IMG/VR virus record: IMGVR_UViG_3300036985_002412
Coordinates: 1-59,039 of that record
Length of the DNA stretch: 59,039 bases
Reading direction: 5' to 3' (one strand)
Origin: a virus
Lineage: Duplodnaviria; Caudoviricetes
The position numbers and the translations under genes were made by a program. Below the pieces are notes generated by a model. It had not been told where the DNA came from and searched no databases. It was given only the letters and a program-made list of their open reading frames with translations. Of this stretch, positions 28,370 to 37,844 are shown one piece after another. Position 1 is the first letter of the stretch; every line of letters begins with the position of its first letter.

Positions 28370-30694
28370 ATGACAGTATCCGTATTTAAAGACTTATATA
28401 AGTCTACAGATGTACCCTATCACCTTCCAATTGATAAAATTATCGAAAGGATAAAAGAAGGAACAACAAAAGAATTGGTGGAACTAATTAGAACAGGAGC
28501 AAAGGATCAAAAGACAAAGCTTCCTTGTATCTTATTTGCAGGGATTTTTAACGAGAGAAATTCAAACTCTTTACAAAAGCATTCCGGACTTATGGTTGTG
28601 GATTTTGACAAGTATCCAAATGATAAAACGATGTTTGAACATTTGGAACTATTAAAAGAGAATAAGCATTTTTGTTTACTTTTTATTTCCCCATCTGGGA
28701 ATGGAATTAAAGGGGTTTTAAAGGTATCTGACGAACTAACTAAGGAAACGCACCCAAAAGTATTTAAAGAGTTTCAAAAGGTTTATAATTACGATTATTT
28801 TGATATTGCAAACTCCAACGTTGACCGAGTTTGTTTTGAGTCTTATGATCCAAACATTTACGTTAATTTAGAAGCTGACATTTTCAATCCTATTTTAAAA
28901 GAGGAGGGGTTTAATGTTTCGGAACGTGTGCCTCTTTTACCAATTACGGACCAGGATAATATTATTTCTAAAATAATGGCTTGGAATTGGAATAAGGATT
29001 TTGTTGAAGGAGAGCGAAACGCTTTTATCTTTGATGTAGCTGGAGCGTTTTGTGAATATGGAATTGGGCAACACAATGCAGAGGGATATATTTTAAATAA
29101 TATTGTAATTGGAGAGTTTTCAGAAACAGAGGCTAAAACCACAATTAAATCCGCTTATAAAAAACGAAACTTTGATAGTAAATACTTCGAGAATTATAAT
29201 AAAATTGACTCTATAAAAGTTGATTTAAAGAAAGGTAAAAAGGAAGTAATTGAGAAATACGGTATCACGGAGGATACATTCAACGAAATAAATGAAGCAT
29301 CCGAACACGAAGACTTTTGGCATTATACCGATAAAAACAAAATAGGATTTGACCATTTAAAATATAAATCGTTTCTTGAGCGTAATGGTTTTAAAAAGTA
29401 TTTTCAATCGAATGCTCAAAAAGCTACGTGGATTTATATAAGTTCAAATAAAGTAGTTGAAACCTCAACCGAGAAAATTAAAGATTTCGTTTTAAATTAT
29501 TTAATTGAACGCAAGGAGTTAGACATTTGGAATTATTGTGCAGCATATCAAAATATATTTTCAGAGAACTATTTATCAATGATTGATAGCGTTGAATTGT
29601 TAATGTTAAAAGATACCAAAACAAAATCCTTTATTGCTTTTGAAAATGGTATTTTAGAGATTACAAAAGACACTATTAAAATGGTGGATTATATCGATGT
29701 TGATGGTTACGTTTGGCAAAGTCAAATAATAAACCGAAACTATAATACTACAGACGATTTTAAAAACGAATACGCAACCTTTATTAAAAATATAAGTAGT
29801 AACGAGCCTATCGCAATTGAATGCGTTATAGGGTATCTTTTGAGTACCTATAAAAATAAAATGAATAACAAAGCTATTATTTTAAACGATGAGGTAATAA
29901 GCGAAAATCCAGAAGGAGGAACAGGCAAAGGATTGTTTGTACAAGGTTTGAAACAAATTCGTAAAGTTTCTATTTTAGATGGTAAAAGCTTTGATGATAA
30001 AAAATCATTTCCTTATCAAACAGTTTCTCCAGAGACTCAAATTTTAGTCTTTGATGATGTTAAGAAAAACTTTGACTTTGAGAGTAAATTTAGTTTGGTA
30101 ACGGAAGGGATGACTTTGGAGCGTAAAAATAAAGACGCTATTAAATTGAAAGTTGAGGAAAGTCCTAAAATGATTTTGAGTACAAATTACGCAATTAAAG
30201 GTGAGGGAAATTCTCACGATAGGAGAAGGCACGAAATCGAGTTCGCTCAATTTTATGGTAAATCCTTAACACCTTACGACGAATTTGACAGACAGTTATT
30301 TGATGACTGGGATGAGTTGGATTATCAAAAATTTGATAATTATATGGTTAATTGTTTACAGTCTTATTTGAAACTCGGTTTAGTTCCGCAAAATGCTAAA
30401 AATATTAAAATGCGTAAATTTATCGCTGAGACTTCGATGGAGTTTTTAGAATGGGTAAAAGATAAAGAGAATGTGGCACATAATGACAGACTCGAAAAAT
30501 CATTGTATTTTAATAATTTTACAACCGAGTACCAAGATTACAAAAAATGGTTAACAAATAAGAAATTTAATATTTGGATTCAAAAGTATTGCAACTTCAT
30601 AGGGGCTGAATATTTGGAAGGAAACACCAACGGGATGAGATGGTTCACAATTAAAACAGGGCAGCTAATTGAAGTTGACGATATAGCTTTTTAA
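28370..30694 (+). CDS. primase-helicase (VirE-N/BT4734-like primase + PriCT + P-loop NTPase)
   Basis: KTKLP, DFD, FISPSGNGIK, R.CFESYDP, GERN and GGTGKG motifs. Confidence 0.85.
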   Translation: MTVSVFKDLYKSTDVPYHLPIDKIIERIKEGTTKELVELIRTGAKDQKTKLPCILFAGIFNERNSNSLQKHSGLMVVDFDKYPNDKTMFEHLELLKENKHFCLLFISPSGNGIKGVLKVSDELTKETHPKVFKEFQKVYNYDYFDIANSNVDRVCFESYDPNIYVNLEADIFNPILKEEGFNVSERVPLLPITDQDNIISKIMAWNWNKDFVEGERNAFIFDVAGAFCEYGIGQHNAEGYILNNIVIGEFSETEAKTTIKSAYKKRNFDSKYFENYNKIDSIKVDLKKGKKEVIEKYGITEDTFNEINEASEHEDFWHYTDKNKIGFDHLKYKSFLERNGFKKYFQSNAQKATWIYISSNKVVETSTEKIKDFVLNYLIERKELDIWNYCAAYQNIFSENYLSMIDSVELLMLKDTKTKSFIAFENGILEITKDTIKMVDYIDVDGYVWQSQIINRNYNTTDDFKNEYATFIKNISSNEPIAIECVIGYLLSTYKNKMNNKAIILNDEVISENPEGGTGKGLFVQGLKQIRKVSILDGKSFDDKKSFPYQTVSPETQILVFDDVKKNFDFESKFSLVTEGMTLERKNKDAIKLKVEESPKMILSTNYAIKGEGNSHDRRRHEIEFAQFYGKSLTPYDEFDRQLFDDWDELDYQKFDNYMVNCLQSYLKLGLVPQNAKNIKMRKFIAETSMEFLEWVKDKENVAHNDRLEKSLYFNNFTTEYQDYKKWLTNKKFNIWIQKYCNFIGAEYLEGNTNGMRWFTIKTGQLIEVDDIAF

Positions 30695-30695
30695 T

Positions 30696-31925
30696 ATGTT
30701 ACAACTTAGACCATACCAAATAAAACTCTCGACTCAAGCGAGTGAGATTTTAGAACATAAAAAAATCGTCTATTTAGCAATGGAAGTGAGAACAGGTAAA
30801 ACTTTGACCGCTTTGAATATTGCGAAATTATATGAAGCGAAAAACGTTTTATTTTTAACAAAGAAAAAAGCAATCTCGTCAATCCAATGGGATTACGATA
30901 ATTTTGGATTTGATTTTGATTTAACAATTATAAACGATGAGAGTTTGCATTTAGTGAATGGAGATTTTGATTTAATTATCCACGATGAGCATCACAGATT
31001 TGGTGCATTTCCTAAGCCGAACAAAGTTGCGGTACTATTTAAGAAACGCTACTCGCATTTGCCAATGATTTTTTTAAGTGGAACACCAACTCCAGAAAGT
31101 CACTCGCAATGGTTTAACCAATTTTGGGTAAGTGATTACTCTCCTTTTAAAAAGTATGTGAACTTTTACAAATGGGCAGTTGATTTTGTGGATATTAAGC
31201 AACGTAATATAGGTTATGCGGTAATTAAAGATTATAGCACCGCAAATGAAACGCTAATTAAACGAATACTACAAAATTATATTATAACTTTTACCCAAGC
31301 TCAAGCGGGTTTCACTACTTCGGTTAAAGAGATGGTACTCGAGTGCGAAATGCAACCAATCACAAAGTTAATAATTGACCGACTTAAAAAGGATTTGGTA
31401 GTAAAAAACGCTGAAGGTCAAATCATTTTAGCCGATACAGGTGTAAAATTAATGCAAAAGATACACCAACTGTCAAGCGGAACTTGTAAGTTCGAAGACG
31501 GAACGAGTAAAGTTATTGACAAATCAAAGGCGTTGTTTATCCTCGATAAATTTACGGGGGTAAAAATCGCTATTTTTTACAAGTTCAAAGAAGAGTGGAA
31601 TGCCTTGCTTTCAGTTTTTGGTGCAGAAAACTTGACAAACGATGTTGATGAATTTGATAATTCCGACAAATGTATTGCTTTGCAAATCGTTTCCGGAAGG
31701 GAAGGAATAAGCTTAAAAAATGCAAAGTATTTAGTTTATTACAATATTGATTTTAGTGCAACGAGTTACTGGCAAAGCCGAGACAGATTAACTACTATGC
31801 AACGACAATCAAATGAGGTCTTTTGGATATTCTCAAAAGGAGGTATTGAAAACGATATTTACAAAACAGTATTAAAGAAAAAAGATTATACACTTAAAAT
31901 CTTTCGTGAAAATAATATAAGTTAA
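30696..31925 (+). CDS. SF2 (SNF2-like) helicase
   Basis: LRPYQ, RTGKT, DEHH, LSGTP, GREGISL and QSRDR motifs. Confidence 0.85.
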   Translation: MLQLRPYQIKLSTQASEILEHKKIVYLAMEVRTGKTLTALNIAKLYEAKNVLFLTKKKAISSIQWDYDNFGFDFDLTIINDESLHLVNGDFDLIIHDEHHRFGAFPKPNKVAVLFKKRYSHLPMIFLSGTPTPESHSQWFNQFWVSDYSPFKKYVNFYKWAVDFVDIKQRNIGYAVIKDYSTANETLIKRILQNYIITFTQAQAGFTTSVKEMVLECEMQPITKLIIDRLKKDLVVKNAEGQIILADTGVKLMQKIHQLSSGTCKFEDGTSKVIDKSKALFILDKFTGVKIAIFYKFKEEWNALLSVFGAENLTNDVDEFDNSDKCIALQIVSGREGISLKNAKYLVYYNIDFSATSYWQSRDRLTTMQRQSNEVFWIFSKGGIENDIYKTVLKKKDYTLKIFRENNIS

Positions 31926-31962
31926 TATTATGTTAAAATAAAATATATTAAAAAAACATTTG

Positions 31963-32040
31963 TATATTTGTACAACCGCCAAAGTGAAAACATTAACAAT
32001 CCTTCTCTTTTGTACTTGGCGGTATCAATCGAGAGGGATT
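31963..32040 (+). promoter_or_regulatory. TATATTTG promoter with pseudoknot-like leader
   Basis: ACCGCCAA is complementary to TTGGCGGT inside the AATCCTTCTC/GAGAGGGATT hairpin. Confidence 0.6.
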
Positions 32041-32057
32041 TATTTTTTAAAAGAATT

Positions 32058-32492
32058 ATGAAAATAGATGAATTACCGGAAGACGTTAGAAAAAAAGTTT
32101 TAAATTATCAAAAGCAACAAGTCATAAACACCAAAGGAACAAAAGTTTTTGATTATTCTTCAAATAATTTAGATGATGCATTTGATTGGGAAAAAACAGA
32201 CGAGGGATGTGATTATTGGAATAAATGGTATTGTAATAAACAACTATTTACTGAGACAATGACAAATCCATACGTCAAAAACAATTACGACTCCAACGGA
32301 GTGACTCAACCAAAGCAATACCAAATCGGTATCGATACATTTCAACGATCCGAGAGCAATCTAACAAAACAGGAAATTATCGCTATTTGTAAATTCAATA
32401 TTGATAAGTACTGCTGGAGAAAAAAAGACCAAGACAAAGAGGATTTTAAAAAGATTATTGATTATGCCAATTGGGCTATTAAAAATTTATAA
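32058..32492 (+). CDS. DUF3310-like protein
   Basis: P..Y...NIDKYCWR.K...EDFKK...Y pattern; likely start ATG 32058. Confidence 0.55.
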   Translation: MKIDELPEDVRKKVLNYQKQQVINTKGTKVFDYSSNNLDDAFDWEKTDEGCDYWNKWYCNKQLFTETMTNPYVKNNYDSNGVTQPKQYQIGIDTFQRSESNLTKQEIIAICKFNIDKYCWRKKDQDKEDFKKIIDYANWAIKNL

Positions 32493-32493
32493 G

Positions 32494-32736
32494 ATGGAAC
32501 ACTTAACAATTAAAAATCAGAAAATATATTTACATTTTGAGCCACAGGTTGGAACTAATAACCGAGAGTTTAAATGTATAGGGCATAAAATAAATGAAGA
32601 GTTCCCGAGTAAATGGAGCAATACTAAAAAAGTCTTTTGCTTTCATTGGATTTATACGTTTAAGTATTTAGATAACGATGAAGTATTCGAGTTAGAATTT
32701 GATTATAACGATGAATTTAAAAGAAAATTAATATGA
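32494..32736 (+). CDS. hypothetical protein
   Basis: Likely start ATG 32494. Confidence 0.6.
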   Translation: MEHLTIKNQKIYLHFEPQVGTNNREFKCIGHKINEEFPSKWSNTKKVFCFHWIYTFKYLDNDEVFELEFDYNDEFKRKLI

Positions 32737-32918
32737 CACTAAAAGAAAAGTTTATAGAAGCGTTTAAATCGGGTAAAAGATTTGACATTAAAAACGCCGA
32801 AGTAATAGCAGATGAGTTTGCTATCGAGTTTGCAGAGTGGTTACTAAACGTAAGTTATGTAATTCAAGAAGCATATACCACAAAAGAATTATTAAAAATA
32901 TATAAAGAAACATTATGA
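32733..32918 (+). CDS. hypothetical protein
   Basis: FAIEFAEW...TKELL small phage protein. Confidence 0.65.
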   Translation: MTLKEKFIEAFKSGKRFDIKNAEVIADEFAIEFAEWLLNVSYVIQEAYTTKELLKIYKETL

Positions 32919-33069
32919 AAACATTTGAAGTTGAAGGCTGGTTCCGTTACAACGATGAGAAGGATTTTGAAATTGAGAAAATAATAGCCAATACACCCGA
33001 AGAGGCGATTTATTATTTTACAACTATTTATCCGAAATTACACTTTTTTAAAATTACAATTAAAGAAAT

Positions 33070-33363
33070 ATGAAAGAAGAAACAAAATGTTATTGCGGTC
33101 ATACTACATATTGTGACTGCGGGCTTGAAACACTTGAAGAAGCTGCTGAAAAATATGCAGATATTTACAGATGTCCTGCAACAAATCAAAACGAATATTG
33201 CAAACACGACATTATATCAGCATTTAATAATGGTGCTAAATGGCAACAAGAAAGAAGTTATAGTGATGAAGAACTTTTAGAAATATTAGCAAGTTATGCT
33301 GACTGGTCAATATTCGGAGTTTGCAGTTATCAAGAATGGTTTAAACAATTTAAAAAGAAATAA
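33070..33363 (+). CDS. hypothetical mini-cassette protein
   Basis: CYCGHTTYCDC, ETLEEAAE, GAKWQQER; ends QFKKK. Confidence 0.7.
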   Translation: MKEETKCYCGHTTYCDCGLETLEEAAEKYADIYRCPATNQNEYCKHDIISAFNNGAKWQQERSYSDEELLEILASYADWSIFGVCSYQEWFKQFKKK

Positions 33364-33366
33364 GAT

Positions 33367-33591
33367 ATGGAAACAGCATTATTAATTACGGGAACAATAA
33401 ATATTATCTTTTTTATAATATTCTTAATTGATAAAATACAAGATTATTATTCTAAAGTAGAGTATAAAATACAAGATTTTACAGAATGCAGTGGCTCATT
33501 TATAAATTGTAAACCAGGCGAATATTCTTGCAGAAGAAAAACAATAGAATCTGGCGATTTAACATTTCCTAAAGAAATTAAAAACAAATAA
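33367..33591 (+). CDS. small membrane protein (mini-cassette)
   Basis: N-terminal TM; 3' part duplicated at the window start. Confidence 0.7.
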   Translation: METALLITGTINIIFFIIFLIDKIQDYYSKVEYKIQDFTECSGSFINCKPGEYSCRRKTIESGDLTFPKEIKNK

Positions 33592-33594
33592 GAT

Positions 33595-33678
33595 ATGGAT
33601 ATTAAGTTTATAATATTTTGGTTTATAATTTGTATTGTAATTACCTTATTAATGGAAAATAAATTTAAAAACAAATAA
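33595..33678 (+). CDS. 27-aa hydrophobic peptide (mini-cassette)
   Basis: MDIKFIIFWFIICIVITLLMENKFKNK exactly fills the space between two junction repeats. Confidence 0.55.
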   Translation: MDIKFIIFWFIICIVITLLMENKFKNK

Positions 33679-33682
33679 GATT

Positions 33683-33889
33683 ATGAAAAAAACAGCAGTA
33701 ATATGGTTAATTGAAGAATTGACTAAAAATGGACACAATTTCAAATTGTATAAAAAAGAAATTGAACAAGCCAAAGAAATGGAAAAGCAACAAATTATTG
33801 ATGCTTGTAATAATGCACAAAAAACAGATTTTTATGTTAAATATTATGATGCAGAACAATACTACAACGAAACATTTAAAAACAAATAA
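33683..33889 (+). CDS. hypothetical mini-cassette protein
   Basis: Paralog of 951..1178. Confidence 0.75.
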   Translation: MKKTAVIWLIEELTKNGHNFKLYKKEIEQAKEMEKQQIIDACNNAQKTDFYVKYYDAEQYYNETFKNK

Positions 33890-33892
33890 GAT

Positions 33893-34090
33893 ATGACATC
33901 ACATAGAATAAAATACGAAGGATTAGAATTTGAAGTTTTTGGAGATTGGGAAGATTTTGAAGAAGAAACTGGTTACAAAGGTGGTTGGAGTACTACAATG
34001 ATAAAAGTAAATGATATTGATATTTATTTTATGTTAAAAGAAAACATAATAGATATTTTAGCAACTATATTAGTAGAAGAAAATTATTAA
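33893..34090 (+). CDS. hypothetical protein
   Basis: 65-aa ORF started by a junction repeat. Confidence 0.65.
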   Translation: MTSHRIKYEGLEFEVFGDWEDFEEETGYKGGWSTTMIKVNDIDIYFMLKENIIDILATILVEENY

Positions 34091-34158
34091 CTAATTTATA
34101 ATAAATTACATACCTTTGTAGTTCCTTATTCTTTGTTGTTTTAGTTTTTTTTTGTTTG

Positions 34159-34192
34159 GGCTATCTTATTTTTTTAAGATAGCCTTTTTTTT
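34159..34192 (+). terminator. intrinsic terminator
   Basis: GGCTATCTTA...TAAGATAGCC-TTTTTTTT. Confidence 0.75.
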
Positions 34193-34320
34193 AAGATTTT
34201 ATTTTATACTTTTGTAAAGAATTATAAATGTCAATGTTGTGATAACATCGAGTAAAATAATAAAAAAGCAGTAATCCCTTTAAATAGAGATTACTGTTTT
34301 TTGTTTTAAAACTAAAAATC

Positions 34321-34614
34321 ATGAATACGGAATATTTAACAATATCTCAATATATAGAAGCAAAATCTAAACTAATAGGAAAAATTGCAACTTTTGATTT
34401 GCTTATAGAAAGCATGGAAGCTTCTATTTTAGAAGGAACTGTATCAGGCCATTTAGTTCAATATGAAATGGATGATTCTATGATGAAGGTAAGAGCTCAA
34501 TATAGAAGCATTAGTGATATGGTAAAAGCACTTGCTGGATTAGAAACTTTACGCCAAAGATATATTAACAGATACAATGGTAGAGTTACGGTTTTAAAAG
34601 GTGGAAGGATATAA
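34321..34614 (+). CDS. gpW-like head-tail joining protein
   Basis: Small helical protein immediately before a lambda-type portal. Confidence 0.5.
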   Translation: MNTEYLTISQYIEAKSKLIGKIATFDLLIESMEASILEGTVSGHLVQYEMDDSMMKVRAQYRSISDMVKALAGLETLRQRYINRYNGRVTVLKGGRI

Positions 34615-34636
34615 ATAAACTTTATAAAAAAACACA

Positions 34637-36274
34637 ATGAAAATACTAGGATTTGAATTTAAAAGAGCAGACAAAAATATTCCAAAAGACACAAAAAGTA
34701 CTGTATATCATGGTGATTTTGATTATGGGCATAACTATCCAATAGTCAATAAAAAATGGGATGGTGAAAAGACTTTAGGAGAATTAGGAACTGTTGTAAG
34801 AAATATTCCTGATTATGAAAAGTTAAGATTAAGATCCTATGATGCGTATGCCACTATCGATACAATAAAAATAATTGCTTCTAAATTTTTTTATTGGACT
34901 ATTGGAACCGGATTAAAATTACAAGCAGAACCAAATAGAAACGTTTTAGAATCAGAAAGTATTGTAAATAATTCCAAACTTTATTCAGATTTTCAAAAAA
35001 TTACTGAATCTCGTTTTATGGTTTATGCCAATTCAAAAGAATGTGATTATTTAAAAGAAAAAAACTTACACGAATTAGCATTAAATGCTTATCAAGGAGA
35101 ATTTTTAGGTGGCGATATGTTAGTTATCGTTCGATTTAACGAAAATGGCCCGAATATACAATTATTATCAGGAGAACATATTTGCAATCCATCTCTTGAA
35201 GGAGAATATTATTCTTTGGCAGAAAAGGATGGAAATTTTATTGAAGATGGGATTGAAATTGACAGTAAAGGTTCACATGTTGCATATTTTGTAAAAACTA
35301 AAAAAAAGGAAAAAGTAATTGAAAAGTGGGAAAGAATACCAGCAAAAGGAGCTAAAACTGGCAAAAGATTAGCTTGGTTAATTTCTAGCAAAAAGATTTC
35401 TCCAGACCATTTTAGAGGAGTTCCAGCAATGGCACAATCTTTAGAAAAAATTAATAAATTAGACAGATATGTAGAAGCTGCCGTTGCAAAAGCCGAACAA
35501 GGGGCTAAAATTGTTTATTCGATAGAACATCAAGAATATTCAACAGGAGAAAATCCTTTAGACCAGGTTGTAGCTAAAAAAAGATTTCCAGGTTTATTAA
35601 ACAATACAAATGATGAGGATAATAATCCAAATGTTTTGGCAGATGGATTAGCTAATAGAATTGCGGCAACAACTTCAAATCAAACTTATAACATGCCAAA
35701 TGGATCTAGTTTAAAATCATTTGATTCAAAAATTGAAACTAATTTTAACGACTTTCATAGCACAGTTTTTAAATCTATAAGTGCTGGAGCTGATGTTCCG
35801 CCAGAAGTAGCCATGCAAGAGTATAATTCAAATTATTCGGCTTCAAGAGCAGCTATTAATAGTTTTGGATATATTATTTCAATAAATAGACAAAGATTTG
35901 CAAATCAATTCTACATACCATTTTACAAATTATGGTTGGAATGGCAAATTTTAAATCAAAAAATATCTGCACCAGGTTACATTGAAAACATTGCTAATTT
36001 TATGGTAACAGAAAGTTATTCACAATGTAGATTTACTGGTAAAAATATGCCACATATTGACCCGTTGAAAGAAATTAAAGCGGTTAGAGAAATGTTAGGT
36101 GTTGATGGTGCTACACCATTAATTTCAAGAGAACAAGCGGTAGAAATGCTAAATGCAGGACAGTGGGATGAAAACTTTATGAAAAATTTAGAAGAAGAAA
36201 ATATAATTCCAAAAGAAGAAGAAGATAATTCACAAAATAACAATAACGATGACGAAGAAAATAATAATAACTAA
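34637..36274 (+). CDS. lambda-family portal protein
   Basis: IGTGLKLQ, DGIEID..G..VAY, RGVP, SNYSASRAA and HIDPLKE motifs. Confidence 0.9.
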   Translation: MKILGFEFKRADKNIPKDTKSTVYHGDFDYGHNYPIVNKKWDGEKTLGELGTVVRNIPDYEKLRLRSYDAYATIDTIKIIASKFFYWTIGTGLKLQAEPNRNVLESESIVNNSKLYSDFQKITESRFMVYANSKECDYLKEKNLHELALNAYQGEFLGGDMLVIVRFNENGPNIQLLSGEHICNPSLEGEYYSLAEKDGNFIEDGIEIDSKGSHVAYFVKTKKKEKVIEKWERIPAKGAKTGKRLAWLISSKKISPDHFRGVPAMAQSLEKINKLDRYVEAAVAKAEQGAKIVYSIEHQEYSTGENPLDQVVAKKRFPGLLNNTNDEDNNPNVLADGLANRIAATTSNQTYNMPNGSSLKSFDSKIETNFNDFHSTVFKSISAGADVPPEVAMQEYNSNYSASRAAINSFGYIISINRQRFANQFYIPFYKLWLEWQILNQKISAPGYIENIANFMVTESYSQCRFTGKNMPHIDPLKEIKAVREMLGVDGATPLISREQAVEMLNAGQWDENFMKNLEEENIIPKEEEDNSQNNNNDDEENNNN

Positions 36275-37214
36275 TAGTTCCCAAAATTGGAACGCAAAGA
36301 AACGTTATAAAATTAACGAAATTGTTACTCATAACGGAATTGATTATCAAAATACTACTGGTGCAAATTCAGAACCTGGAGTTGGTAGTGATTGGGTTGT
36401 ATTAGATTTGATAGGCGGAATTGGAGGCACACAATACTACTATGTAGCAGGAAACGGTACACCAACACAAAACGCAACTGAATTACAAACTGCTTATGAT
36501 TTAGCTAAAACAATATCAGGACTTTCTGCTACCAATAGATTTAAAATTATTGTTGGAACTGGTAAATATGAGTTTACAGGACAATTTTTAATAAATACAC
36601 AATACATAGACTTTGTTTCACTAACAAATGATGCGGATGTAGAATTTACAAATGGTATAAATGTTACAGCAAATAATGTATTTTTAAAAGGTTTAAAAAC
36701 AAGTTTGCCTTTTCAAATTGCTACAAATTTGAATTTATTAATTTGTGATACTTGTATTGGTGGACATCAGTCTTTTGGTGGTAACACAATTATTATAGTA
36801 TCAGGAACATTTAATAATTGCGTTGCTAATACTCAGTCTTTTGGTGGTTCGTCCGCCACATCATCTGGTATATTTAATAATTGCGTTGCTGGAGGTGCTT
36901 CTTTTGCTCAAGCAGGTGGAGCAACTGGTATATTTAATAATTGCGTTGCTGGAAGTAGTTCTTTTGGTAGTACAGCATCAGGGACTTTTAATAATTGCGT
37001 TGCTGGAACTCAGTCTTTAGGTAGTGGTACAGCATCAGGAACATTTACAAATTGTATTGGTGGAAATGAGTCTTTTGGTAATAATAGTGGTGGTGGTGTT
37101 TTAACTGGCAAACTATTTTACTGCCGTTTAACATCAGGAACATTTCAAACTGTATCAGGTGCTGGTAGAACCTACTATTGCGTAGATGGAAATGGTAACC
37201 CTAATAATCAATAA
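36249..37214 (+). CDS. beta-helix virion/fibre protein
   Basis: N-terminal carbohydrate-binding-like W..Y..V.H motif; repeated SGxFNNCVAG..SF units. Confidence 0.65.
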   Translation: MTKKIIITNSSQNWNAKKRYKINEIVTHNGIDYQNTTGANSEPGVGSDWVVLDLIGGIGGTQYYYVAGNGTPTQNATELQTAYDLAKTISGLSATNRFKIIVGTGKYEFTGQFLINTQYIDFVSLTNDADVEFTNGINVTANNVFLKGLKTSLPFQIATNLNLLICDTCIGGHQSFGGNTIIIVSGTFNNCVANTQSFGGSSATSSGIFNNCVAGGASFAQAGGATGIFNNCVAGSSSFGSTASGTFNNCVAGTQSLGSGTASGTFTNCIGGNESFGNNSGGGVLTGKLFYCRLTSGTFQTVSGAGRTYYCVDGNGNPNNQ

Positions 37215-37216
37215 TT

Positions 37217-37510
37217 ATGAAAAATTTTAATAGTACAATAGAAAACGAGTGGAAAGAGCAATTAAATTTTACAACTGCTCAACTCGAAACTTTAAAAAAT
37301 GGCACAGATAATCAGAAAAAAGCAGTAATTGAAGCTGTAAATGTTGTAGTTAGTGCAAATAATTTAACAATAATTAATGCGATATATAATCAACATAAAC
37401 CAACAGAAGAAAATTACGAATTTATAGGTTGTAATTTAACCACAGGCGAAGAAACAAGAGGTATTATCAATTATCGAGTTAGCGGAGAGCATAAACAAAT
37501 AAGATTTTAA
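37217..37510 (+). CDS. hypothetical protein
   Basis: 97-aa ORF. Confidence 0.65.
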   Translation: MKNFNSTIENEWKEQLNFTTAQLETLKNGTDNQKKAVIEAVNVVVSANNLTIINAIYNQHKPTEENYEFIGCNLTTGEETRGIINYRVSGEHKQIRF

Positions 37511-37511
37511 T

Positions 37512-37844
37512 ATGGCAGAATTAAAAACTTGGAAGATGGATTCTCAAAAAAGAGGAGATACTTTTAATCAGCGAAACATAACATTTCCATTTGATATTAC
37601 GAATTGCGATATAAATATGCAGTTTAGAAAACAAGCAAATGATACAGTAGAATTTGCTTGGAGTACATCGGACGGTACATTTGAAAAAGTAAGTGCTACA
37701 AAGGTTATAATGAAGTCTAAATTGATAAACGCAAATGCAGGTGTTTATCTTTCTGATTTAGAAGTTAGATTTAATGCTACAACTATTTACACATACTGCA
37801 ATGCAACTTTACAGATTTATCAAGACATAACACAAATACCATAA
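37512..37844 (+). CDS. BppU-like adaptor
   Basis: KRGDTF...Y.SDL...DIT, similar to 19147..19470. Confidence 0.55.
   Translation: MAELKTWKMDSQKRGDTFNQRNITFPFDITNCDINMQFRKQANDTVEFAWSTSDGTFEKVSATKVIMKSKLINANAGVYLSDLEVRFNATTIYTYCNATLQIYQDITQIP

Larger units (their letters stand above)
33343..33895 (+). repeat. cassette-junction repeats, 4 copies (33343, 33571, 33658, 33870)
   Basis: TTAAAAA(C/G)AAATAAGAT(T)ATG joins each stop codon to the next start. Confidence 0.85.

Noticed and set aside
36800-37080. Repeated TTTAATAATTGCGTTGCT units as a DNA-level element
   Set aside because: They are in-frame coding repeats (FNNCVA) of a beta-helix protein.
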